From a bacterium (lineage in GTDB: Bacteria > Electryoneota > Electryoneia > Electryoneales > Electryoneaceae), in contig OY769902.1 of the NCBI GenBank assembly GCA_963669175.1, forward strand, positions 1,600,001 to 1,664,000: 64,000 nucleotides of DNA, read 5' to 3'. Both the position numbers and the translations under genes were made by a program. Below, one piece after another: positions 28,456 through 38,520 of this stretch (within the stretch, counting starts at the first letter, position 1; the number at the start of each line of letters is the position of its first letter). A model generated the notes under the pieces. The model did not search any database. It saw nothing but the letters and a program-made list of their open reading frames with translations, and was not told where the DNA came from.

Positions 28456-28529
28456 GGGTTTGTGTTTCAACTATCGCAAAAATAATATGCCGGCTTGATT
28501 GATTGCAATGATAATCGTACTCCTGAGCC

Positions 28530-28622
28530 ATGTGCGCTCCCTTCGGGAGCGGAGGGAAGGGAGCATTTGTTTCCCCCGGCGCTTACGCACCACGCTTTTC
28601 ATGTGTCACCTCTTCGAGGTGG
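28530..28622. repeat. REP-like UUCG hairpins
   Basis: CGCTCCC-TTC-GGGAGCG and CACCTC-TTC-GAGGTG. Confidence 0.55.
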
Positions 28623-28758
28623 ATGGGATTAAACTGCAATTGTAAAGCTATTCTCAATTATGTTCCGTCATAATGGAGATTGCGAGGAAAAGGGGACGGG
28701 ATCCTTTTCCTCGCGCTTGTCAGAATATCCCTGAAGTATTTCTGGAAAAGGAAACTGT

Positions 28759-29066
28759 TATAATGCATAAGTAGAAGCAGCCAACCTCGACGCAGCACAC
28801 ATGTCGGGCTAACTTGTGTTAAAGGCGTAACACGAGGTTACCCGTAGTACTTACACGAGGAGGTTGGCATGCAGGCAGTATACTACATCGGTCTGGACGT
28901 ACACAAGAAGAAGATTGCGTATTGTATTCAAACGTCGGCAGGTAAGATAGTTGACCAGGGCATGGTTGCATCCACCCGTCCTGCTCTTTCAAACTGGGTT
29001 GCGAAGTTACCGACTCCCTGGGCGGCGGCGATGGAAGCGACGTTGTTTACAGGCTGGATTTATGAT
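28759..29066 (+). mobile_element. IS110-family remnant: left end plus truncated DEDD recombinase (ORF from 28869)
   Basis: YYIGLDVHKK...AAMEATLFTGWIYD is the IS110 N-terminal RuvC-like signature; the frame then runs into unrelated MITE sequence; TATAAT sits at the left junction. Confidence 0.85.
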
Positions 29067-29068
29067 TT

Positions 29069-29375
29069 GGGCAATGTTGTGGCAGGTCTTGACGCGACAT
29101 TTCGTCTTCGACTTTTGCTGTGTTTTCCAGAATGCACAATGATACTGAAACCATCTCGCGCCCTGTTATTGTCGCGTTGTGACCTGCCACCTGATTCAAC
29201 ATTCTCGCTGTCGTCAGGTCACAACGTGATGCCTGATGACGATCCATCAAGCGAAATAGCATGTGTGAAGTCGGACAGGTGTCTGAAATTGCGGAGAAGA
29301 ACGCGAAAACGGCATCACGTCAAGACCTGACGAAACGTACTCGTATATAATACGCACAAATTCCTGTGAGCAGCC
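29069..29375. mobile_element. MITE, left-truncated copy of 52981-53313
   Basis: Colinear with 53007-53313 (GGGCAATGTTGTGGCAGGTCTTGACGCGAC ... GCACAAATTC.TGT.AGCAGCC). Confidence 0.8.
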
Positions 29376-29732
29376 GTATATTTTTCACCAGCATGTTGTT
29401 TGAAATCAGCCGAAAATCTTGGGAAAGCAACGCAGTCATGGGGTAAAGCGCGCGCTCCTTTCGGGCTTGTTTTTGATGGCCGATTTCTGCGTTAGTTTCA
29501 CTCAGAATAGAACTACTATGATTTCGTGAAACTGTCTTGAACTCGACTCATCAAAAACAAGCAGAACAACTCATATCAGGTGCAATAGACCACCAGTATT
29601 CATCTGTATGCCCCTTCATTAGCTTTGTGTTTAAGTGATTTATCTTGCAGAAAAGTGTAGCAGTCCCGATTTCCCTTGAAATAGCGAAACACCTGATTGT
29701 TTTTCACAAGATGAATATACAGGCGTGATGCT

Positions 29733-30350
29733 TCATTCAACCCGAACATTCACAACATCTATCATCCCTGAAATTGTTGTGCCGTAGACAGCATTGGTCC
29801 ACATGATTGCAATACGAAGATTTCGATAACTACTGCAGTAATGGCTGATGTCAATCGAGATCTCGTGCCAATCCATGTTTGTGATGGTTTCTTCCCAGAT
29901 GAATTCCGTATGCAAGTGATCAACCTGAATAAAAGCTCGCAGTGTATTGCCTTCGACCAGGGAATCTGTAGCTGTTTTCAGCCAGAAGTTCAGGGTGCCG
30001 GAACTGAAGATATACAGGTCAAATTCCTGGTTGATGATAGCGGTACCGAAATGTCCCCCAACTTCCGGGATATCATTGGTATAGTCAAACCCGATACAAT
30101 AACGTCCGGAATAGGCCTGGGCAGTATCATCAATAATATTCCAGCTCAGTAACTTCCAGTCTTCTCTTGCATTTGAGAACGAGTCATATAGAAGTGACAG
30201 CGGGGGACCGTCATAGCTGCCGGGGCCACCCTCATTGTTATATCCAGTCGGAGAGGAGCCGTTATCACCACCGCCACACCCCTGGATAAAGAGGAGTAAT
30301 AGCAGGGAGATCGCAATCGGTATTGACGAGTGTAGTGTTCGTGCTGACAT
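29733..30350 (-). CDS. Hypothetical lipoprotein with possible carbohydrate-binding-like beta-sandwich
   Basis: Lipobox IQGC, G/S/P linker, then AYSGRY...LNFW...WHEISIDIS. Confidence 0.75.
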   Translation of the reverse strand: MSARTLHSSIPIAISLLLLLFIQGCGGGDNGSSPTGYNNEGGPGSYDGPPLSLLYDSFSNAREDWKLLSWNIIDDTAQAYSGRYCIGFDYTNDIPEVGGHFGTAIINQEFDLYIFSSGTLNFWLKTATDSLVEGNTLRAFIQVDHLHTEFIWEETITNMDWHEISIDISHYCSSYRNLRIAIMWTNAVYGTTISGMIDVVNVRVE

Positions 30351-30551
30351 GGCACTCTACTCCAAACCAGATGCTGCTCACGGCATGAATTGCCTGTTGT
30401 CGCTTCATTGCAAACGTACCAATCGCCAGAAATCCTCTCCTTTCCTCCCTAAGGAACTGCTGAGGTAGCTACGACGGTAACGCCAGGGCCATTATCCCTG
30501 GCAAGAAGCAATATTTTTATCATCTTTTGTTAATTTAATACCCGCAAATAC

Positions 30552-30587
30552 AAAAAAAACGATTCCCTGCAAAAAAAGCAGGGAATC
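30552..30587 (-). terminator. Intrinsic terminator of gadB
   Basis: A8 followed by GATTCCCTGC-A7-GCAGGGAATC. Confidence 0.8.
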
Positions 30588-30660
30588 ACGAGGCAATATC
30601 CTGAATAATAAACAATTTAGTTGACTTTTAGATCATCAATAAGTATCCTGAATCATCAAC

Positions 30661-32073
30661 TTAACAAATCCCGCGAGTCGGTCCTGCGCCACTTTCAAGC
30701 AATCCTTCCGCTAACGCAGGTTTCGTCTTGTCCAGGTAGTCAAGAGTGCGTTTCAGATCTTCGATCAGCATTTCCGCCAGATCATGGGAGAAACCTTCCC
30801 GTACCACAATTCTCAACACAGCTTCCTCGGTCACATTGTCCGGGAGTGTGTACGCCGGGACAATCCAGCCACGTTCACGCAGCTTTTCTGAAACGTGGAA
30901 CACGGTAAACTTCGAGGTGTCCTTTAACTGGAACACGCAAACCGGGAGAGAACGGTTATCGCTCAGCAGGATAAACCGGTCCATCTCGAGAATTCGTTTG
31001 TCGAGCCAGTCGGTGACATTCATCAGGTTTTTCATGATCCGCATGTACCCTTCATGCCCCAGGCGCAGGAAGTTGTAGTACTGTGCGATGACATGACTGG
31101 CGCCACGGGAGAAATTCAGGTTAAATGTGGGCAGGTCACCACCCAGGTAGTTCACATGAAAAACCAGGTCTTCCGGCAAGTCCTGCTCTTCACGCCACAG
31201 CACCCAGCCGATACCGGGATAGACCAGTCCGAACTTGTGACCGGAGACGTTGATGGATTTGACCCGTTCATTACGGAAATCCCATGCTATTTCCGGTTCG
31301 ACAAACGGCGCAACAAAACCGCCACTGGCCGCATCAACATGAACCGGGATGTTCCACCCCGTTTCCGCCTGTACTTCGTCGAGCGCCTTGCAGATTTCTT
31401 TCACCGGTTCATATTCGCCGGTAAAGGTCGAGCCGAGAATGGCGACCACAGCAATGGTATTCTCATCGACGTATTCTTTTACCTCTTCCGGGGTGATCGT
31501 GTACTTGCCATGTTCCATCGGGATCAGGCGGGGCTCCACTTCGAAATAACGTGCGAACTTGTCCCAGACCACCTGTACATCAATTCCCATGACAATGTTG
31601 GGCTTGTCTGTCGGTTTGCCTTCTGCTTTCCGACGGGACTTCCAGTTCCATTTGGCCGCCAGTCCTCCCAGCATAATTGCTTCTGACGAACCGATTGCGG
31701 CTGTTCCGACCGCTGCGGAATCGGATGGCGCGTTGAACAATTTCGCCAGCATGGAGACACAACGGTCCTGGATAACCATGGTCTGGGGATATTCTTCCTG
31801 GTCCACGAAATTTTTATTCAGGCTCTCAACAATCAGCTTCTCCGCTTCGGGTTCCATCCAGGTGGTAACAAAGCTGGCAAGGTTCAGCGATGGATTCCCG
31901 TCCAGGTTCAATTCATCATGGATAAGCTGATAAGCCACCTTTGCCGGCATGGATTTTTCCGGCAGCTTGAACTTGGGGACCTCTTCGGTAAAGTAGCGTG
32001 CGCTATAGGTGGAACCACTGTGATTGCTACGTTCAGGGTGAACATCGCCATGCCTTTTCTCCCTGGAAATCAT
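30661..32073 (-). CDS. gadB: Glutamate decarboxylase
   Basis: LDGNPSLNLASFVTTWMEPEA, GSSEAIMLGG, HVDAASGGF and PLP lysine in NVSGHKFGLVYPG; ATG 32073 has an AGGAG RBS. Confidence 0.95.
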   Translation of the reverse strand: MISREKRHGDVHPERSNHSGSTYSARYFTEEVPKFKLPEKSMPAKVAYQLIHDELNLDGNPSLNLASFVTTWMEPEAEKLIVESLNKNFVDQEEYPQTMVIQDRCVSMLAKLFNAPSDSAAVGTAAIGSSEAIMLGGLAAKWNWKSRRKAEGKPTDKPNIVMGIDVQVVWDKFARYFEVEPRLIPMEHGKYTITPEEVKEYVDENTIAVVAILGSTFTGEYEPVKEICKALDEVQAETGWNIPVHVDAASGGFVAPFVEPEIAWDFRNERVKSINVSGHKFGLVYPGIGWVLWREEQDLPEDLVFHVNYLGGDLPTFNLNFSRGASHVIAQYYNFLRLGHEGYMRIMKNLMNVTDWLDKRILEMDRFILLSDNRSLPVCVFQLKDTSKFTVFHVSEKLRERGWIVPAYTLPDNVTEEAVLRIVVREGFSHDLAEMLIEDLKRTLDYLDKTKPALAEGLLESGAGPTRGIC

Positions 32074-32197
32074 GTTGAGTCTCCTGAGTTGGTGGTAGGT
32101 TGACGTACCGTGTAAAAAAGTGTACGATATTACAAGTGGGCTGTTCAAATCAGATGGGGGAAATAGTTTTTCTCCATAGAGTCACGAGGATAGAAAG

Positions 32198-33037
32198 ATG
32201 AAGAGATTTGCCTGGGTGCTGCTGATTCTTGTTTTTGCAGCATTCGCAACCGGATGCGACTGGTTCGCCGGTGGTGACGACGAAGATACGGAAGCCCTGA
32301 TCCTCCCGTTCAGCACACTTTTTGAAGATTGCCACATTGTTTCCGGGTACTCTGTGGATTCGGGTACTTCCGGATATTACTACGTGTATTTCGATGATCC
32401 TTTCGATTATTACACGTTTATCGCCGGTGATATTATCTACCTCATTTCCGGCGATGATGTCTACCCGTTTTATTTCTACGCCACCCTGGTGAATTCGGAT
32501 GATGAGACTGTGGTCGGTATCACCGGAATCCCGTACGGTTGGGATGGTGACGAAATCGAAGGCGGCACCATCATCTGGAAGGAACTTGATTCCTGGGCCA
32601 TGTATTCCCCGAACCTGAGTGCCAGCTATCCCAGTACCATTTACGATGATATGGACCGGATCGGCTCGGAAAACTGGGGCACGGATGTAGATACGGATAC
32701 ACTTGACTTCGTTATCCTGGGCGGCAATGACGACGCCCTGTTTGTCTGGCTGGCCGAACCGCCGGATGCTGACATCTCTGACGACGATGACTTTGACAGG
32801 GACTGGGAAACCATTCAATGCGGTCCGGTGCTTTATCTCGACGGGGAGTATGCACTGGAACGCACCTTTGAAGTCGAAGGCGGAATCGACTATACAACCA
32901 TCAATTGCGTTGATTTCAGCGCTGATGGCCTCCCGAACCTCGTCAGTTTCCAGTTGCTGGGCGAGGATGCGCCGGTATACGCATACGCTCGTGCCCCGGA
33001 AAACCTGGTCTGGTATTGGGTGGGGCAGATTAACTGA
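32198..33037 (+). CDS. Acidic hypothetical lipoprotein
   Basis: MKR..., hydrophobic stretch, lipobox ATGC; very D/E/Y-rich. Confidence 0.8.
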   Translation: MKRFAWVLLILVFAAFATGCDWFAGGDDEDTEALILPFSTLFEDCHIVSGYSVDSGTSGYYYVYFDDPFDYYTFIAGDIIYLISGDDVYPFYFYATLVNSDDETVVGITGIPYGWDGDEIEGGTIIWKELDSWAMYSPNLSASYPSTIYDDMDRIGSENWGTDVDTDTLDFVILGGNDDALFVWLAEPPDADISDDDDFDRDWETIQCGPVLYLDGEYALERTFEVEGGIDYTTINCVDFSADGLPNLVSFQLLGEDAPVYAYARAPENLVWYWVGQIN

Positions 33038-33052
33038 CAGGATGCATTCAAT

Positions 33053-33907
33053 ATGTCCCTCCAGGGATTCATTGATCTGCATTGTCATACGACCGCTTCT
33101 GACGGGAGTCTGACTCCGTCTGAGCTGGTACGTGAAGCAGCTTCTCTGGGCCTGGATGCCATTGCCATCACTGACCATGATACGATTGACGGCATCCCGG
33201 AAGGATTAGAAGCTGCCCGGGAGATGAACATCCAGATCGTTCCGGGTGTGGAAATCTCCGCCCAGGTTGGCCCCTGGACCCCACATTTGCTTGGCTACTT
33301 TATTGATTATCGGTCTACGGTATTGCGTGATTCCCTGGCCTGGATGGTCGACGCCAGGGAAAATCGCAACCCACGTTTACTCGCCCGGCTGAACGAACTT
33401 GGTATTCCGGTGACCATGAAACAGGTCCGTCATCAGGCCGGGAGCGACCTGATCGGACGTCCCCATTTCGCCCGCGCGCTGGTGGAGATCGGAGCGGTAA
33501 CAACGGTACAAGAAGCTTTCGATAGTTACCTCGGATCGAATGGGAAAGCGCATATCCCCAAAGCCCGCATGGATGCGGAACGTGCAATCCGGACCATCCG
33601 GGAAAGTGGTGGAGTCGCAGTTCTGGCACACCCGGTTACGTTGACTCGAGTGGGCGCTGAACTGGAATCTGTACTTGCACAACTGATGGACTACGGGTTG
33701 CAGGGACTCGAGGTCTTTTATTCTGAACACACTTCCGATGAAACAAATATCTACGAAGCGTTAGCAGATAAGTTGGGGTTGGTAAAGACCGGTGGCAGCG
33801 ACTATCACGGTGCAGCAAAGCCCGATATCAAAATCGGGACAGGACTTGGTAAACTCAGGGTCGAAAGTACAATTCTTAGCCGGTTGGAAGCAGCTTCCCG
33901 GAAGTAA
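33053..33907 (+). CDS. PHP-domain phosphoesterase (TrpH/YciV family)
   Basis: DLHCHTTASDG, AITDHD, PGVEIS, GRPH, LAHP and TGGSDYHG. Confidence 0.93.
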   Translation: MSLQGFIDLHCHTTASDGSLTPSELVREAASLGLDAIAITDHDTIDGIPEGLEAAREMNIQIVPGVEISAQVGPWTPHLLGYFIDYRSTVLRDSLAWMVDARENRNPRLLARLNELGIPVTMKQVRHQAGSDLIGRPHFARALVEIGAVTTVQEAFDSYLGSNGKAHIPKARMDAERAIRTIRESGGVAVLAHPVTLTRVGAELESVLAQLMDYGLQGLEVFYSEHTSDETNIYEALADKLGLVKTGGSDYHGAAKPDIKIGTGLGKLRVESTILSRLEAASRK

Positions 33908-33908
33908 C

Positions 33909-34172
33909 TCAATTCCTGAAGAACATGATCATCATACCTATGATAAACACCATGACGAAAACCTCAGCCCCCAGGCGCAATGTGTCAATTTTCACCAGGG
34001 CGCCCAGTTCTTCCCCCTGCGCGATAGGCGGATTGAAAATGGGGTGGTAACCTGCGGAATCAGCTTCCTTCCCTAACGGATTGTCCCAGACATACAGCCA
34101 GGGGGGGAAGTAGAGGACAACAGCAACCAGGGCCAAGCCGACCCATACGAATATCTTCTGTTGGTTGTTCAT
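33909..34172 (-). CDS. Small two-TM membrane protein
   Basis: MNNQQKIFVWVG...FPPW...GYHPIFNPP...IDTLRL pattern with two hydrophobic helices. Confidence 0.7.
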   Translation of the reverse strand: MNNQQKIFVWVGLALVAVVLYFPPWLYVWDNPLGKEADSAGYHPIFNPPIAQGEELGALVKIDTLRLGAEVFVMVFIIGMMIMFFRN

Positions 34173-34279
34173 GTGTACCAGCGTTCTGAAGTTTGAATGT
34201 TACTGTTGTTAATATAACTTTTTATTCTATGCGTCTCAACCACTTGCTCACCAAAGAAAACGGGGGGAAACAAAGAAGA

Positions 34280-35392
34280 ATGCGGTATATCATTAACACA
34301 TCGGCTGAATTACAGGATTGGGCTGAACCGGTTGACAGAGCTCCAATGAACTTTCACAACCGTCTGCCTGAATATAAACCGTCAGCATTGCATTCCTTGC
34401 CCGGTCTGGCAGCTACACTCGGAATTAAAGACCTGTATGTGAAAGATGAATCCTATCGCCTGACTTTACCGGCATTTAAAATCCTCGGCGCTTCCTGGGC
34501 GGTGTATCGCTGGTTGCAGGGGAAGCTCAAGTCTGATCTTGAGCCCTGGGTTTCTGTTGCCGATTTACGTGACCGAATCCGTCCCTTCCTCCCGCTCACG
34601 CTGGTGACCGCAACCGACGGAAACCACGGTCGTGGTGTCGCCTGCATGGCCAAATGGCTGGGGCTCAACGCGGAAGTCTATATGCCACGCGGCACAGTGC
34701 CTGCGCGTATTCATGCGATCGAGAGTGAAGGCGCTATCGTTACCATGATTGACGGTTCCTATGATGAGGCGGTAAAACTGGCAGCTTCCCGTGAGGATGA
34801 ACGTTACCTCCTGCTGCAGGACACTGCCTGGCCCGGCTACGAAACCATTCCGGCGTGGATCGTAGAAGGTTACGCCACTCTTCTATGGGAAATCGAGGAC
34901 GCGTTGGCCGGACAGGAACCGCCGGATCTTGTTTTTGTGCCTGTTGGTGTCGGTTCACTGGCCGCGGCCATGGTCCGTCACTATCGGCGACATGGTCTGA
35001 AGCAGCCTCCTCACATTATCAGCGTAGAACCGGTAGGCGCTGCCTGCCTGCTGGAATCAGTAAAGGCCAACGCCAGTGTGACTGTTCCGGAAGGGCTGGG
35101 GACCATTATGGCCGGATTAAACTGCGGAACCCTGTCCACCATTGCCTGGCCCATCCTGAAACGTGGTGTGAATATCGCCTTGGAAATCGAAGATCACTGG
35201 GCAGAAAATGCGATGGAGATGTTTAAGGAGAATGGTATCACCAGTGGAGAAAGTGGCGCCTCCAGTATGGCGGGCCTCCTGGCTCTCCTGCAAGACGAGA
35301 GCACTCAACCGTGTCGAGAATACTTGGGTTTGAACGATGAAACCCGAGTTTTACTTATTTCAACCGAAGGTATGACAAATCCTGAGCGATGA
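34280..35392 (+). CDS. dpaL: Diaminopropionate ammonia-lyase (PLP)
   Basis: YVKDESYRLTLPAFKILGASWA, TATDGNHGRGVA, QDTAWPGY, GVGSLA, TIMAGLNCG and STEG. Confidence 0.92.
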   Translation: MRYIINTSAELQDWAEPVDRAPMNFHNRLPEYKPSALHSLPGLAATLGIKDLYVKDESYRLTLPAFKILGASWAVYRWLQGKLKSDLEPWVSVADLRDRIRPFLPLTLVTATDGNHGRGVACMAKWLGLNAEVYMPRGTVPARIHAIESEGAIVTMIDGSYDEAVKLAASREDERYLLLQDTAWPGYETIPAWIVEGYATLLWEIEDALAGQEPPDLVFVPVGVGSLAAAMVRHYRRHGLKQPPHIISVEPVGAACLLESVKANASVTVPEGLGTIMAGLNCGTLSTIAWPILKRGVNIALEIEDHWAENAMEMFKENGITSGESGASSMAGLLALLQDESTQPCREYLGLNDETRVLLISTEGMTNPER

Positions 35393-35714
35393 TGTAAAAT
35401 GTTGTTTATTAAATGGTTGTTTAATTATGTCCTGGTCAGTACCATTTCTATTGCCTTCTTCTGTCACAAGAAAGAAGTCGCGCAGTAGCCGTAACGCACA
35501 TTAGCAAAACCTTACTCCGATATTTCTTCTCTACAGTTTCTATTGTCAGAAATTTAAGAGAATCCTTATTATACTTGGGTCTGATCGGGTGAGTGGCATC
35601 ACTTTGTTTCAATTGTATACATTGCAGTGTAGAGATGCAGACTCATCAAAGTGGTTTGGGGGTTCTACGATAGCCTGGTTTACTATAGACCGTCATGGTC
35701 GGAAAGGAGGCGGT

Positions 35715-37772
35715 ATGCACAGGCGCTTAACCGCCCTGCTGTTACTGCTGACACTGGCTGGCGCTGCTTTCTGGATGCAAGCTTGCAGCGATGCGGAAGA
35801 TTTTGTTGCTCCGTCGCACTATGAGGGACTGAACAACATTGATGTCCCCGAGGACTTCGATTATGAAACGACGAAGTCACTGCATATGGATATTACTGTC
35901 CAGAATGTTGACGGCTCACCGGCGCAAAACTGTATTGTCACAGTATTCCATGGCGATCCACAGGACACCCTGATTGAAATTCTCCGCATCGGACGCGGAG
36001 TGACCAATCAGAGCGGAAGGATGCTGCTGGATGTCAACATCCCGACGTACATGACGGAAGTGTATATCACCGCCAATGTTCTTGGTGTGCCGAACCAGGG
36101 ATACTTCACCGCAGAAACAGGCAGCATTACTCATGTATTCGGTCCCAACACCACCATGAGTGTGTCCAGCCATCGTGGCCCGGTCAACAAACCACAATCC
36201 GGACGCAATACCTGGTCGCACGACTGGCAGTACCTTGGTACCTGGGATGATGACGGAGTGCCGGATTACCTGGCGGATTACACGATTACATATTCCCAGG
36301 ATTTCTACGATGGCGTTGGTGATGTTTTTCAGGAATACATCAACCTTACGGGAACGCATCCGGAATACTTCGGCCATGATGTAGAAAATAACCTGAACTT
36401 TACCTGTGACATCGATTCGGTTGTTGTGACTTTCATTCACGATGGCGCTTCATACCAGAACGCGATCGGTTTTTATCCTTACCCTTGGAACCAGCCGCCT
36501 CCGGGAATCACTCAGCTTCAACCCAAGCTGGTGATTTTCCCGAACGCATCGTTTACCGGTCAGGGGGGCAACCTGGCGAATGGCGCAACAGTCGTTCTGC
36601 AACGTGAAGAGTTCAACCAGAACTATTCCATGGGTTTCTTTATCGTTGGCGATGGTTGGACCGACAATCCCGATATGGTTGGCCAGGGTCTCTGGACCAA
36701 CTGGTCGGTAGATCGCTATAATCCACGGGATCTGCGTCATTTTGTCCTGCTGCATGACAGCGCCAACGAGCAGTTCATCGTTGGCATCGAGGACTGGAAA
36801 CGTAACCAGCATCGTTCAGACAGCGATTTTAACGATGTCATCATGGTCGTCAAGCCTTATCCCTTCTGTGTTGATACAACCAACATCCCCAATATCGACC
36901 TTCCGTCACAGGGCGGTCCAGATACGGATGGTGATGGGGTAGAAGACGATTACGATGATTACCCGGATGATCCGGATAAAGCCTTCGACAACCAATACCA
37001 GAGCGTTGTCGCGTTTGAAGACTTGTGGCCTTCATCCGGAAACTATGACATGAACGACCTGGTGATGTTGTGCGAGATCAACCAGATCACCAACGGTGAC
37101 AACCTGGTTGCCTTCATCGAAGCGGACTTCACCATCAAGGCGGTAGGTGCGGATTACGACAACGGTTTCGCGATAGAGATTCCGATTGCGCCGTCCGATA
37201 TCCTGTCCTTTACCGGTAGCGATTGTAACGGAACCGTATTCAACTATTCGGATGGACAACCGGAAGCGGGGCAGGAGTACGCTGTGATCCCCGTGTTCGA
37301 CCGTACCAAAGACCTGATCGAGCCGGAAGGAAACTGGGCGTACATCAATACCGAATATGGCGCTCCGGTACAGGCATCGCCGACCACGCATATCGTGCTT
37401 GAAATTACACCGACGTCGCCGGAAGTACTTGGCGCGCCACCGTATAATCCGTTTATCGTGGTAAACGGGGATCGCACCAAAGAGGTCCACCTCGCAGGGT
37501 ACGAACCTACGACACTGGCAGATCCGAACTGGTTCGGGCAGGATGATGACACCTCCAGCCCGGCAACGGAACGGTATTACAAAGACAGTGATAACCTGCC
37601 CTGGGCGGTAGTAGTACCGACCGACTGGCAACACATGATGGCGGGGGAAGAAATCACTGCCGGCTACCTGTATTTCCGTACCTGGGCAGAATCTGGCGGT
37701 ACGGTCTACATGGATTGGTACGAAGATATTCCCGGGTACCAGGATGATTCGGTACTCTGGGATAGTGAATAG
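35715..37772 (+). CDS. LruC-domain (DUF4842-type) lipoprotein with DUF4114-like region and a Ca-binding DxDxDG repeat
   Basis: Lipobox MQAC after an AGGAGG RBS; GIED...SDSDFND, DTDGDGVEDDYDDYPDDP, AFEDLWPSSGNYDMNDLV, PYNPFI, EVHL, LPWA and WAESGG...DWY. Confidence 0.85.
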   Translation: MHRRLTALLLLLTLAGAAFWMQACSDAEDFVAPSHYEGLNNIDVPEDFDYETTKSLHMDITVQNVDGSPAQNCIVTVFHGDPQDTLIEILRIGRGVTNQSGRMLLDVNIPTYMTEVYITANVLGVPNQGYFTAETGSITHVFGPNTTMSVSSHRGPVNKPQSGRNTWSHDWQYLGTWDDDGVPDYLADYTITYSQDFYDGVGDVFQEYINLTGTHPEYFGHDVENNLNFTCDIDSVVVTFIHDGASYQNAIGFYPYPWNQPPPGITQLQPKLVIFPNASFTGQGGNLANGATVVLQREEFNQNYSMGFFIVGDGWTDNPDMVGQGLWTNWSVDRYNPRDLRHFVLLHDSANEQFIVGIEDWKRNQHRSDSDFNDVIMVVKPYPFCVDTTNIPNIDLPSQGGPDTDGDGVEDDYDDYPDDPDKAFDNQYQSVVAFEDLWPSSGNYDMNDLVMLCEINQITNGDNLVAFIEADFTIKAVGADYDNGFAIEIPIAPSDILSFTGSDCNGTVFNYSDGQPEAGQEYAVIPVFDRTKDLIEPEGNWAYINTEYGAPVQASPTTHIVLEITPTSPEVLGAPPYNPFIVVNGDRTKEVHLAGYEPTTLADPNWFGQDDDTSSPATERYYKDSDNLPWAVVVPTDWQHMMAGEEITAGYLYFRTWAESGGTVYMDWYEDIPGYQDDSVLWDSE

Positions 37773-37804
37773 AGTGGCATGGTTGGGTTGATTCTATGCT
37801 GACA

Positions 37805-37838
37805 GAACAGGGCTGATGCGAAGGCATCAGCCCTGTTC
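37805..37838. terminator. Hairpin/terminator between convergent genes
   Basis: GAACAGGGCTGATGC-GAAG-GCATCAGCCCTGTTC, a perfect 15-bp stem. Confidence 0.75.
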
Positions 37839-37869
37839 TCACTAAAATTTTCTCGAAGCCTATCCGATC

Positions 37870-38517
37870 TTAGGCGCAGGACAGGATTTTGTCTTTGAAA
37901 TAGTTAAAGCTTGGTGATGTATTATGATCAATATTCATACGGGGCGTTATTTCTTTAGCCCACTCAGATTTCTTCATACCAATAGCCTGATACCCCTCAG
38001 ATTTCAGCTTGACTGCGCCTCCCGGATATACTGCATCCGCTAGTTTCTCCCACGTACCGCAAATGCTGTCATTGGTATATGAAGTTAATACTGTATCTTT
38101 TGCCTTTGGATATGCAGCACGTATTGCATTCAAATCGCCAAGAAACCAAGCCTCACCTTCTTCAACTGCAAAGCAGAAACGCGTCTCAGGTTCTGGATTA
38201 CAGGCGCGTAAGATATTATTCAATTCTTCCTTAAATGCTTTCATGCACTTATCGTCCAAATCACATATCACGAAAACAACTGCTTGATAATTACCAGCGC
38301 CTGTGTAAGTTCGTCCGTATCCTTTCAATAGCTTGGGCAGATTTTCCAATAATATTCTATTGGAAGCATTTTCAGTATCACGCATGTCCTTTGGAATTCT
38401 GCCGATGCCTTTATATGAAATTATCTTGTATGTATTCGGCTTGTCAAGTAGTTTCGGAACGAGTATTTCAAGCATTGTTTTGCCAGATTGATCCTCTACT
38501 AGAATTTCAAAATGCAC
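37870..38517 (-). CDS. DUF4276-family TOPRIM-like protein
   Basis: ILVEDQS, ICDLDD, AVEEGEAWFLGD and NTSPSF. Confidence 0.8.
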   Translation of the reverse strand: MHFEILVEDQSGKTMLEILVPKLLDKPNTYKIISYKGIGRIPKDMRDTENASNRILLENLPKLLKGYGRTYTGAGNYQAVVFVICDLDDKCMKAFKEELNNILRACNPEPETRFCFAVEEGEAWFLGDLNAIRAAYPKAKDTVLTSYTNDSICGTWEKLADAVYPGGAVKLKSEGYQAIGMKKSEWAKEITPRMNIDHNTSPSFNYFKDKILSCA

Positions 38518-38520
38518 ACA

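Noticed and set aside
28869-29330. Intact 153-aa protein
   Set aside because: It is a chimera of an IS110 N-terminus and non-coding MITE sequence.
32150-33178. 342-aa ORF on the - strand
   Set aside because: Antisense to a lipoprotein with a clear lipobox and overlapping the PHP gene.
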